From contig NW_024704743.1 in assembly GCF_018977255.1 (NCBI RefSeq), positions 30,444,001 through 30,508,000 of the forward strand: a stretch of DNA of 64,000 nt, in the 5' to 3' direction. Positions 26,862-38,497 of this stretch are shown here, one piece after another. This DNA is from Callorhinchus milii (taxonomy: Eukaryota). The notes under the pieces were generated by a model. That model ran no database searches and was not told the origin of the DNA. It was given only the letters and a program-made list of their open reading frames with translations. Position 1 is the first letter of the stretch. Each line of letters begins with the position of its first letter. The position numbers and the translations under genes are program-made.

Positions 26862-26955
26862 TAGGAAACTTACCTACAGTTTTGCTCTGCCAGGGGTTGA
26901 ACCTGGGTCCTCTCACTTGCAAGGTGAGTGGGCTAATCACTATGCTACGGGACTC
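26862..26955 (-). mobile_element. SINE family A tRNA-like head fragment
   Basis: GGAAACTT...GAACCTGGGTCCTCTCACTTGCAAGGTGAGTG.GCTAA.CACT..GCTAC.GGACTC. Confidence 0.8.
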
Positions 26956-28189
26956 TACAATCTTAGAGATACATTTTCTGCCATCTCCTCTATATCTCTA
27001 TCACCACCCCCACCCCTCTCCCACCACCCCACCCTTTATTCCTACCATACTCTCCAGATCTCCATCTCTGTCCCAAACAAAGGATCTGCTAGCTAGCTGG
27101 AGATACCCTGTGCTACAAGGGCTGCTTATAAACCTGTACCAAATATATATGTGTGTGTGTGGGGGGGGGGGGGGAGGGGGATAATCTTCCCACTGGCAGT
27201 TTCTTGTTTTAAATAAAAAGTCTTCAGAAAAATTGCTTTAATAGAACCCTGATCCAAAGAGAATGTGCTGGGCAGTGCTGAGCGCATGAAACGTTCAGAC
27301 ATGACCTTTGGAAATGAAATATTGGGGGTATTTCAAACAAAAAGCTTAGAAACCGTGACTTCCAGGCAATTGCATCTGGTAACTGTGACACAGAGCGTCT
27401 TCATGGAGGATAATTTTACATTAAGCCACCAGAATCTGCTTGCACCATGTAATTACCATGACGTCACCCTCCTCTGCAACGCTGGGACTCATCCTGAGGG
27501 AAGTAATTACAAAATGTTTGAAGTCCCACTGCTGATGAAGCCGGGTATAAAGTTTCCTTTCAGTAAGGAGAGATGTAAAGGGCATCTCAGGACACGATAT
27601 GGTGCCTGCAGCCCAGTTGTTCCGTGGCCTGGACAGAGAACAGTCTGGCCATTTTTGCCTGCGTCAAACAGCTCAAGCAGCCTCAAAGCTTCAGGGGATG
27701 TGACCTCTGACACTTGTGACTCACTTGGCCGAGGTCACTTATTTACTCCAAGAAACATGAATCTTGACAGAACAAATTATTGATTATCCATAGCAAATCA
27801 CAGTCTTACCCAACAGGACACACTTTGTATCAAGCGTTCATTTTACAGGGCAGATGGCCTAAGTTACTTCCATTTTTAACCTAAAATAACCTTTTAAAAA
27901 ATCAGCTAACTAAAATGAATAATAAATAATACTTACATTTGGTATAGCGCCTTTCACAGCATATACTGTAAAGGGAGTGACTGTGTGTTCTGTGGGAGAA
28001 TGTGGCAGCCTGTTTGCACACAGTAATGACCCACAAACAACTGTGAAGTGAATGACCAACATTTCTAATTTGGTTTCATAGTGTTTTTCTTAGAAATGCA
28101 AAATTGATCTGTTTCATAAGTTCTAATCATCATATAATTTCAATACTAAATTTTAATTTGTCCCTAACAATAATAATATTTTTTACTTT

Positions 28190-28610
28190 CATCCTCCCCT
28201 TCCCCAAGAGTTTCCACCATCCTCTCCTGAAGGTTCCAATTCACACTGGGAGGTAGTTTTGCAGCCAGAGGGAAGCCTTGCTCATGTCAGCATTCTTGCA
28301 CACAAGTCCAGAGAGTGAGCGTCATTAAGTTACTTAACTTGGAATCTTCCCAGCCTGACCCAATCCTGCACTCGCCTGGCATCCCCACACGCAATTTTGG
28401 AGCAAAGGTCACTAAATAACAAACAGTAGGAGAAATCCTCACTAATTTTTCCCTTCACAACCTGGGGCTATTGAGACCAATTGCAGGATTCCTGCTACTG
28501 GTCCCGCTGAGATCAACCCAGACCAGGAATTGAACCTGGTCCTTTTCAGTCAATAGGCCACATCTTACTGTGCATTCACTCATGCAATCATTGAGCAATC
28601 CATAGAACCA
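28190..28610 (-). mobile_element. Old SINE-like family C, near full length
   Basis: Reverse strand is colinear with 18380-18760 and 49290-49570; B-box-like AGGTTCAATTCC. Confidence 0.6.
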
Positions 28611-29199
28611 TAGTTATATAGAGTTACATAGAGTGATCCAACACAGAAACAAATCATTCAGCCAAACAGATCCATTGAACTATATCACAAAGTAGTAGGT
28701 CATTTGTCACATTTTTTCATGTACCTTCATCTAAGATTGCAAATATGTTTTTTCTCCTTCTATACTCTGGCTTCTTGTCCTGTGCACCATACGTTTGCTG
28801 AGGGGTAGATAGACATTCTGTTTCTAAGCCTCTGTTAATGTCATCTGTAGCCAGTCACAAGGAGGTTCTCAAGAGCTACCTCATGCCCTCTGATTTTCAC
28901 AGGTTTGAATGAAGAAGGCCCTTCACCCATTTGATCTCATTCTCTCAGAATACCAGGCCTAAATATAAAAACAAGCTGTTTCTTAAATACCTTCAGTGGC
29001 CTGGCCTCCACCAACTTTCAGAATAACCTGTTCCAGTTGTTAATTACTTTCTGTGTAAAAGAATAAACTTCTTGGTGTCTGACTTGGTGCACTTCACAAC
29101 CCTGAACTTCTTGTCCTCTTGTCTTGGCAAATAGAAAGAGAGGAGTAAAAATGGTAGTTTTAAAGCCTTCCTTCTCTTTGAGATGGAACATGTGATGAC

Positions 29200-29570
29200 T
29201 ATCCCCCTACCTACCTGCCCGTACCCTCCGTTCCTCTGGCTCCAGTCTGCTCCACATCCCCCGCCCAAACCGCCCTACCATCGGTGGCCGGGCCTTCAGC
29301 CTCTCAGCCCCCAGGCTCTGGAACTCCATCCCCCAGTGCCTCCCCCTTGCCTCCTCCCTTTCCTCCTTCAAGGCCGGTCTCAAGACCTTTCTCTTTAACC
29401 GTGCCTTCAGCTCCCCTCTCGACTCTCTACCCCCTCCTCGCTCCCTCCCTTCCCTCCCCTCACCCTGACCATTTCCCCCCTGCTCGGGTCCCGACCCAAC
29501 TGTCCAGCGTCTTGGGACGTCCTCCCAACGTGAAAGGCGCTCTATAAATGGAATCTTGTTGTTGTTGTTG
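29200..29570 (+). mobile_element. L2 LINE 3' end
   Basis: GGTGGCCGGGCCTTCAGC..GCCCCCAGGCTCTGGAAC (GGRAFS..P.LWN), tail GGGACGTCCTCCCAACGTGAAAGGCGCTCTATAAATG(TTG)n. Confidence 0.92.
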
Positions 29571-30067
29571 TATCAGCAGCTAGGATACAGAGGAGGGCAA
29601 CCAAAATGACTGAGGGGTGGGAGGGACTGGACTACAAGGAGCAACTAGGTAAACTGAGCATGTTCATACTGGAGAGGAGATGGTTGAGCGGCGATATGAT
29701 TACTGTCTTTTAAATTCTGAAGGGACTAGATAATGTAACCATGATAAGTTGTTTTATCTTGTACTGAAAAGTAGAACCAGAAGATACAGCCTGCAATTGA
29801 AGGGGGGGTAAATTCAGAAAAAATCTGTGTAAACACTGCGTCAGTGAGTGAGTAGTAAACATATGGAACAGGCTCCTTAGGGAGACGGTGGAAGCAGAAA
29901 GTGTTGGTTGTTTCAAGAACAAATTAGACAGATTTCCGCTAGAAAATAATATCTCGGGATACAATATATAGTTTGGGACTCGACATATCAAGCGACTGCC
30001 AGGATGGTGAAAGGCGAACTGGATGGATCTTGGTTTTTTTTGTCTAGCAAATTCTTATGTTCTTATA
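29571..30067 (+). mobile_element. CR1 3' end (same subfamily as 31735-32202)
   Basis: ATACAGAGGAGGGCAACCAAAATGA (QRRATKM) through a tail ...GCAAATTCTTATGTTCTTAT. Confidence 0.9.
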
Positions 30068-30202
30068 GCACACCCCTCATCCACTCCCAGCTCACCCAAT
30101 GCCATAGTTTTTAAATCCAACCCTTTCTTCAATGTAATTTGCAGCTACTGGAGTGACTTTGAACAGATTTTATATTTAACAAATGTTATCTGGGCTGCTC
30201 GG

Positions 30203-30340
30203 GGGAATTCTGATGAAGGGTCATGGACCCGAAATATTGACTCGCTTTCCTTTCTCCATATTTTCTGCCCGACCTGCTGAGTGTTCCCAGCGACTTCTGT
30301 TTTTGTTTCAGATTTTCAGCATCTGCAGTATTTTGTGTTT
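30203..30340 (+). mobile_element. Penelope-like element terminal fragment with a degenerate minimal hammerhead ribozyme
   Basis: GAATT-CTGATGA-A-GGGTC-ATG-GACCC-GAAA-TATT-GACTC followed by CTGCCCGACCTGCTGAGT..CCAGC...TTTCAGATTTTCAGCATCTGCAGTATTTTG, the Penelope terminal sequence as I recall it from sharks. Confidence 0.8.
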
Positions 30341-30664
30341 GGCTATCTGGGTTGCTCAGCTTGTGGGGGTCGGGGGAGGGGAGAGTAGCGTAGAATTCCA
30401 TGCTTTCCACCCCTGCTCAGCACAGAAATAGCTTTAAGTGATTGTCAAGCCAAGATCAGGCCTAAGCCTTGGAATTATTAACAGCTATTTCTTTCTGACC
30501 AGTCAACATCTATCCACAATGGTGATGCTCTTTTGCACTGACAGTGAGGAAGAACAGAGGGTGCTGACCAAAAGCACAGTCAAAGGTCTCCCGATCTTAA
30601 AGTGACAGTTCTCCTGGTCTGACTACAGCAAACTATAGGGTACAGCACAGGGAACAAGAATGTT

Positions 30665-32375
30665 CTAGGAAACATAAACGTAAGCAATGGACAAAAAAGA
30701 CTGCAAGTTCAGGTCATCATATGCTGCAAATTTCCCCTATATCCCTCTATTCTGTATAAATCTACCAGAAGGAAGAGTCTTTCCCTACTTATCTTGTAAT
30801 TTTCTTAAAAGCCTCAATTAGATCACCTTTCATTCGACCTCCTGAACTTAAATAAACATAATCGCGGTCTGTCCAGTTTTCCTCAGGGCTGAGACTCTTA
30901 ATCTCCCGTATCATTCTGGTGAATTGTTACTGGGCTTCCTCCAAGATCAACATATCTTTCCTTACCAAACTATACTGGTTTTCTATTGGTATTTGTTTCC
31001 ATTGGTTTTCTTTGATGGTGTGACATGAGAGCTTGAAAAGGGTAAGGCTATGGATGTTGTACATCTGGATTTCAGTAAGGCCTTTGATACAGTTCTTCTT
31101 GAGAGGCTGGTACTGAAAGTAAAGAAAGTGGGAATCAGTGGAGGTATATTACAATAGATCTGCAACTGGTTGCCCAGAAGAACCCAGAAGGTGGTGGTAC
31201 AGGGAATGTCAACAGACTGGGAAAATGTTACCAGTGGAATTCCACAAGGATCTGCTTTGGGACCTCTTTTGTTTCATATTTTTATAAATGATCTGGAACT
31301 AGGTGTCACAAGCACAGTGGCTAAGTTTGCAGATGACACCAAGCTAATGAAGGTGGTAGTTTGTGAAGCTGAACAAGATAGGTTACAGGAGGATTTGAAC
31401 ATACTTGGGAATTGTGCAGATCGGTGGCAGATGAAATCAATATTCAATATTCAAATCCTAAAGTGATTATTATTTGAATGGAAGGAAAATAATATGTATG
31501 GAAAATGAAAAGGACCTGGGGGTCCTGATTCACAATAAATTGAAGCACTCCCAACGATGCTATGTCAGTGAGTAAAGCAAACCAGATATTGGGATGTATC
31601 AAAAGATCAATAGCAAGCCGAAATAATGGGGTAATCCTGTTACTGTATAAATAATTGGTGAGACCATACTTAAGAGTATTGTGTATAGTTCTGGTTGCTG
31701 CAGTACAAAAAGGATATTGGAGAAATTGAGCAGATACAGAGGAGGGCAACCAAAATGATTGAAGGAATGGAAGAACTGGACTATGAGGAGCAACTAAGTA
31801 AATTGGGCATGTTCACGCTGAAAAAAAGATTGAGAGCAACATGATTGCTGTCTTTGAGATTCTAAAGGGGCAAGACAATATAGATCATGACAGGCTGTTT
31901 CAACTTGTCCAGAATAGCAAAACCAGAGGAAACGGCCTGCGATTGAAGTGGAGTAAATTCAAAACGAATCTACGCAAATATTTTTCAGTGATCGAATAGT
32001 GAACCTGTGAAACAGGCTCCCTTGTGATACGGTTGAAGCAGGAAGTGTTGATTCTTTGAAACACAGATGAGATAGTTTTCGTTTAGGAAATACTACTATG
32101 GGATACAGTACGTAGGTACTTTGGGACATATGTGCATGCGACCACCAGGAAGGTGGAAGGCAAACTAGATGGACCTTGGTCTTTTTTCGTCGAGCATTTC
32201 TTGTACACAATGCTCCACATGAGGCCTGATAAGCACTGCATACAGTTTCACAAGTAGTTCCTTGCTTTTATACTCTGTATCTCTTGTGATGAGGGCCAGC
32301 ATCAAATTAGCTTTTTTACTTCTTTCAGGGCTTTGATACTCATGATCCTGCATTCCGATGCCTTTCTCCATCTAC
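30665..32375 (-). mobile_element. Older minus-strand CR1 split into 32203-32375 and 30665-30980
   Basis: KANLMLALITRDTEYKSKE...RPHVEHCVQ at 32.2 kb continues as RKDMLILEEAQ*QFTRMI...KGDLIEAFK at 30.9 kb. Confidence 0.8.
30985..32202 (+). mobile_element. 5'-truncated CR1 with reverse transcriptase core, pseudogenised
   Basis: DVVHLDFSKAFDTV, SGIPQGSALGPLLFHIFINDL and KFADDTKL motifs; contains stops and frameshifts; CR1 3' tail present. Confidence 0.95.
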
Positions 32376-34339
32376 CCTCCACCCCAACACCCCACTCCAC
32401 AATACGATGAGTGGCTACTTTGGCGAGGCAGGGAAGCAAAGCTGCCAACCATCAGTGAGTTGCAGCCTTCAGGAGAGGAATAAAATAACACATCATCAAA
32501 ACTAATCAGGGATCATGGTTTACAAGCAAAACCTGTGATCTCCTCATGTGAACAACTCATGCAGAAGAGGAATATCAAATTCTACGAACAATACTGTACC
32601 TGGAAACAGTTCCAGGCATTTTAAAGAGCATGTGGGGCAGCTGGTGGGGAGTTAATGGAAACAAGTACTAATGTTTATGGTGGAAATATCCATCACAGAG
32701 ACACAGTGCCACTTAATGTAGTTTTCCACTGTTGTGGTTCCCATTATATTTGCATGATTCTCAGCTTAGAATAGAAAAACACCTGTGATGGTGATGTTCT
32801 TTGTAACTGGAGGATGAGAGGTCACAGCAATATATTAGTTTAAGCACACAATGAGATTGGAGAAGTTCTCAGATATAGTGCTGACATTATGGTTTTGATG
32901 CAGAAATAAGGAACTGAGCTGAATATACAAAGTACTCAATATACTCTCAATTGGAGGAATCACACAATTGCACATTAACATCATTAGGTTACGATCCTAA
33001 TGTGGAGTGAGGCGTTCGAGTAGGTGGTAGATGAAGAAAGAGATCTCGGGATAAAGGATCATAACAATTTGCATTTCTAAAGCACCTCTGACATAAAAAT
33101 AGACATCTCAAAGTGTTTTACAAAACACAATTCATCAGAAACAAAGTGAATGATTATGTAAGCAAACCTAGCTAACCTACGCCAGCAAATCCCATTAAAA
33201 AAATGAGATGAGCAGACAATTAATAATAATAATAATAATCCTTGCATTTGATATAGTGCCTTATCACATTGTTAAGACATTTCAAAGCACTTCATAGGAT
33301 ATACTTTCATTTGACTTGAAATTAAATTAATTTGACTTTGGGAATAAATTTGGATTAGAAGGGGAATATAAACCAGAAAGACCCCACATCTCTTTGAAAT
33401 TGCCACAGCATGTAGCAAGCTGATGATCAGACAGAGATGTGAAGAAACTCAGTTTAAAACACCTTGAAAATAATAATATTGGTGAAGGTCACAGCGGACT
33501 CACAGTCTGACACTAGTTTGGGTGCTGCAGAGGGGATATTCATTTTCAGTCTCTACACCTGTCGAGACTATCCACTTGGCGCTTTCACTGCATTATACAG
33601 CAACTGTCTTTTTACATGACCTGCTTGAACCATTAGACCACAGAATACCTTCCTCCTAACGACAGGGTATTATTAATCCATAATTGTAGATATGATTCTC
33701 ATAACATTTCAGTAAAACTAACTGAAGAGATGTTTTAAAACAGCTCTTGGTAACAGCACATTGTCATTGCTTATTGATGTACGATTACAGTGTGTCAGAT
33801 TGTGCAGTTGGTTGCTCTCGCTTTGGTCTTACCATTGAACATCCCATTGACTGAGGTGCTTGAAGAGAACATAACACTTTCAGAGCTTCCAATTTTGTGC
33901 TTGAAACATTGAAACGTCATGTAAAGTTTAGGAACATAAATACTTTCTTAAAGAACTGGAGCTCATTAAAACAAATGTACTCTGAGGGAAATAATCCTTT
34001 TTGTCAGTATAATTTTCTTGTCTGGCACAGCTAATCATTAGTATGTACAATGTTAATTGTAAATTTATTCTTTCATTGGGTGAAATAAACCACTTTTTCA
34101 ACTCAGTTACTCTTTGTAACGGAAACCTGCAAGAATTAAATTATAAACAGGCCTTGTTAGGGATTTTCCACCCTGCTTTAACTTCTAATATCCTATCTGT
34201 ATGTGTGTGGTAACTGGATGTTGTATTCTGCTTTACTCTTTAAATTGGTTGTGCGGAGGGCACTGATTCCTGCAACAGATGGTAAGAGTTCAGAGGTAAC
34301 AGATGCCGTTTTATTGGAATAGTCTCACTTATTGACTGT

Positions 34340-34650
34340 GGAGTCCTGTAGCTCAGTGGTTAGAGCACACACCTCACAAGCGAGAGACCTGGGTTCGATT
34401 CCCAGCAGGGCAAAACCTTGGGCAAGTTTCCTTACTCCACACGCCTGATAATAATCCCTCAAGAAACAAAAACAATAATAAATTGGCAATTTCAATCCAC
34501 CACTGTTCGTGGGACACTGCTGTGCACAATTGGCTGACGCGTTTCGCCCACAAATATAGTCAATTCACTTTACAGTATATTCTGTGAAGCGCAATGAGAA
34601 GTCCAGAAGACGTGACAAGCGTTTTATCAAATGTAAGGATTATTATTATT
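34340..34650 (+). mobile_element. SINE family A, full-length short form
   Basis: A-box TAGCTCAGTGG (34349), B-box GGTTCGATTCC (34392), ACCTTGGGCAAGTT, Deu-like segment, (ATT)n tail. Confidence 0.95.
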
Positions 34651-35414
34651 GAAAAAACAAAGTATAAATCTAATAAACATGAAACTGGCTTGACCTGTGA
34701 AAGTTACAATTTGCCACCTGGACGGAAGGGCCGTGGGAACTGTACCTAACCACTGAGGGCTCTCTTTGCCACCTCTGCTTGTTTTGGAAAGCTCCCAACC
34801 TCCCGATGATTACAGAGCAATTTCCAAAGTAAAATAAATCCGAGAGTTTACAGGTGCTACAACATGCCTCTCCTCCCTTCTTCCGCACATGAAATTATTT
34901 TACAACTCCTTGGTAAAAAGATCCTAACCTACAGGAAATTGGGAACCCAGAGTGTAAAATTGTTACAGCTGTTTTGCTGTTTATTTTGGACCCTTCCATT
35001 AAATCATTGCCTTTCTTCTGACAGAAAAAGCAGGTACTCCTGTAACATAGCTCAGCATACGGCTTGCAGATCAAAGCTCACCTACAAATTAGTAGCTGTA
35101 ACCAAAGCAGTGTTAGTGGGAGGCTTTTTCAGATTAATTACACAGACGTTTTAATATTACACAAACTGATATTCTAGTGCTGTCTTTCATGCAAACATTA
35201 TGAGCATTTCAACCAAGATTCCGATTGAGAATCCTACCTTTTTTGACAAATTAGATTTATTTTGGGGGAGGGATGCCACACAACATGAACAGGATTCCCT
35301 CAATCCTGCAATGATTGCTGGAGCATGTTGTGCAACATGCTTGAAAGAAACACAATTTCAGCAAATTTTTCTTTCTCTTCAGAGTGTCTAGAATTTATGC
35401 ATATTAAGTATTGT

Positions 35415-36177
35415 TAATAATAATAGTGATATTCTTTGCATTTGATTTAGTACCTTATCACACCATTAAAACAGGATTTACCGTTAAGTGTAATGACTGT
35501 ATTTTGTAGGCAAATAAAGCCTATAATTTGAACACAGTAATGCCCCACGAACGACCATGAAGTAAATGATCACTTTCTTATCCAGGGGCTTGGTGGAAGT
35601 GAGTAATTTCATTCTCTGTTCAAGTAGTGCCATTAGAAAATTTAACATCCACCTGAACAGGCAGACAGGAGACAGGTTTAATAATAATAATAATCCTTGC
35701 TTTGATATAGTGCTTTTCAAGTCTTCTAGACGTCTCAAAGCGCTTCACATAGTATACTGTAAGGTGAATTGACTGTACATTTGTAGGCGAAATGTGGCAG
35801 CCAATTGCGCACAGCAGTGTCCCACAAACAGTCGTGGATTGAAGTGACCAATTTTATTACTGTCTTTTTTTTCTTGAGGGGTTATTATCAGGTGTGTGGA
35901 GTAAGGAAACTTCCCCAAGGTTTCGCCCTGCCGGGAATCAAACTCAGGTCTCTCGCTTGCAAGGCGAGTGCTCTAACCACTGAGCTACAGGGCTCCACAT
36001 CACATTTGAATCATGTTTAACATCACATCTGAAGGACGGCACTTCTGACAATGTAATGCTCCTCCAGAACTGTACTGGAGTGTCGGCCTGGAGACTATGA
36101 GCTCAAAATCCTGATGTGGGGTTTGAAGAAATAACCTTCTGACACAGAAGCAAGAATGTTACCAACTGAGCCAGACT
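35415..36177 (-). mobile_element. DeuSINE interrupted by SINE A short form (35679-35996)
   Basis: ...CACCTGAACAGGCAGACAGG breaks at 35678 and resumes at about 36010 (GTTTAACATCACATCTGAAGGACGGCAC) through to the head at 36177. Confidence 0.85.
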
Positions 36178-36384
36178 GGGACCATCTACATGTTAGTTTT
36201 ACATTACAGTCTATATTTTATAACACTGGGAACGATGTTATTGTTGATGCCTCCATTCTTAATCATTCCTCTACCAACATTCTGTTCCACTCAGGAAAGC
36301 ACTCAATGGCCATAATCAGTGAGAAGATAGATTCAATGGGTGTTTCTGGGACCAACCACTATAGGTGCTCACCCATGGCCAGAA

Positions 36385-37615
36385 ATACAATACAATACAA
36401 AATGACATTTGTAAAGCACATTGGGAGGACATCCCAAGGCGGTGAACAGTGAAGTATTAGACCTGAGCAGGGTTGGGGTTGGGATCAGAGAGGGAGGAGG
36501 GCAGAGAGAGTAGGAGAATGGCTGAAGGCACAGTCAAAGAGGAGGGTCTTGAGGTGTGCCTTGAAGGAGGCAAGGGAGGGAGCGAGGTGAAGGGAATGTG
36601 GGATGGAGTTCCAGAGGGTGGGAGCAAAGAGGCTGAAGGTCCATCTGCCGATGGTGGAGTGGGCTGGATGGGGGAAGTGGAGCAGGCCTGAGTCTGCTGA
36701 GCGGAGGGAGCGGACAGGTTGATAAGAGGTTAACAGGTTGAAGGATAGGAGGGGGCAAGGCCATGGAAGGTCTTGATGGTGAGGACGAGAATTTTGAACT
36801 CAATCCTCGGAGGGATGGGGAGCCAGTGGAGTCGAGCAAGGGTGGGTGTGATGGGGTCATGGAGCCTATTGCGGGAGAGGACATGAGCTGCAGAGTTCTG
36901 GATGATCTGCAGCTTGTGGAGGGAAGAGTTGGGATAGTTGAGCGTAGTTCTAATGAAGGCATGTATGAGGGTTTTAGTGGCCTGAGGGGTGAGGCAGTGG
37001 CGGAGTCGCGCAATGTTGTGGAGGTGGGGGAAAGCTGAGAGAGTCATGGCATGGATGTGGGGGAGAAAGGACAGTTGAGGGTCGAACAAGATGCCAAGGT
37101 TCCTGGCTTGGTGAGGAGGAGCGTGCCTCCTTGGATGCTGATACTGCCAGTGCCTGAGGTGCGGAGGCGCTGGCGCGAGCCAATCATGAGGGCCTCAGTC
37201 TTGCTGACTTTCAACTGTAGAAAGTTGACTCTCATCCAGGACTTAATGTCTGACAGGCAGTCTGTCAGGACAGCAGTTGGTCCTGGGGTTGAGGGAGAAA
37301 GCAGAGAGATAGAGTTGGGTGTCATCCGCACACTTGTAGAAGTTGACCTCATGTATGCGGATGATGTCACCAAGAGGGAGCATGTATAGGTTGAAGAGGA
37401 GAGAACCGAGGACAGAGCCCTAAGGAACACTGCAAGAGACGGTGCGGGGGCTGGAGGAGAAGCCATTTGTGGAGACAAAATGGAGCCGGTGTGAGCGATA
37501 GGATCTGAACGACTCAAGAGCAGAACCTTGAAGGTTAAGGTGAGAGGAGAGGCGGTGGAGGAGGATAGAGTGGTCTGCAGAGTCAAAGATAGTAGAGAGG
37601 TCAAGGAGGACATGG
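36385..37615 (-). mobile_element. 5'-truncated L2 LINE with RT remnant
   Basis: [39 protein letters not shown] and LARLHWLPIPPRIEFKIL; L2 tail at the left end. Confidence 0.95.
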
Positions 37616-38497
37616 GGAGAAATCAACAAGGACAGAATTTCTGAAACGGTGTGAACACCAGCAACATCTATCACACATGCCATTTTTCATCCCAATGTGT
37701 CCTTGGATATCCATCTCATTTAATTCAGAACTGGTAATTCTGAATTAAATAAAATAAACTTAATAAAGTTCTTCAGGTACCACACACTAAAAAGAACAAT
37801 GACAAGTGATTGGACTGGCTCACATGAAGTCAGGAATCTCAACTAAAGCTAAAATTACCTACATGGGCAATGGATTCATTTCAGACACTTTAGGATTTAG
37901 AACCACAGTATCCCTTTTTCAATAATCTGCTTGTCAATATCATCAACCCAGTGTAATTGCTCAGTTCCCATGACTGACTTCTTGTTGGGAGCAATAAGTG
38001 ACTAGATTGATGCAATAAAATTCAAGTGCCTTTTAAGGATGTTCGCCACTAATAGAAGATGATCACACGTTCGGGCATCAGTGACCCTCTAATTTTCCCC
38101 ATGTATTTTCTGGTTGTAAAGTATTGAAGGGGGCGTTGCCCCTATGGTAATGTGTCTTCCTAATCATAGCACTCATTGTATCTGGCACTGCAAATTTATG
38201 ACTTTTACCTAGATTTAATAAAATCTCACACGTAAAGCTCACGGAAAATATTCATGTCGCTTGCCAATATAGCAACTTCTGCTACTCAAAACACACCACC
38301 ATGGCAACAAGATAGTTCTGCAGTGAAGTTTTTTGAGATAGGACTTCCTGCTGTTCACAGTGTCAAATCAGCCAGAAACCATTCAATAAGCACCACTGCT
38401 ACTCAAATTTTTACATACATAGGGAGAAATTCCATCTGGGTTCAGATTTACTCTATTTATGTAACATTTCAAACTGTCCAGAATTTGGCAAATTGCT

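Noticed and set aside
34340..34412. Genuine tRNA-Ala gene
   Set aside because: It continues directly into the SINE body, the anticodon arm is mutated in this copy, and there are many diverged copies.
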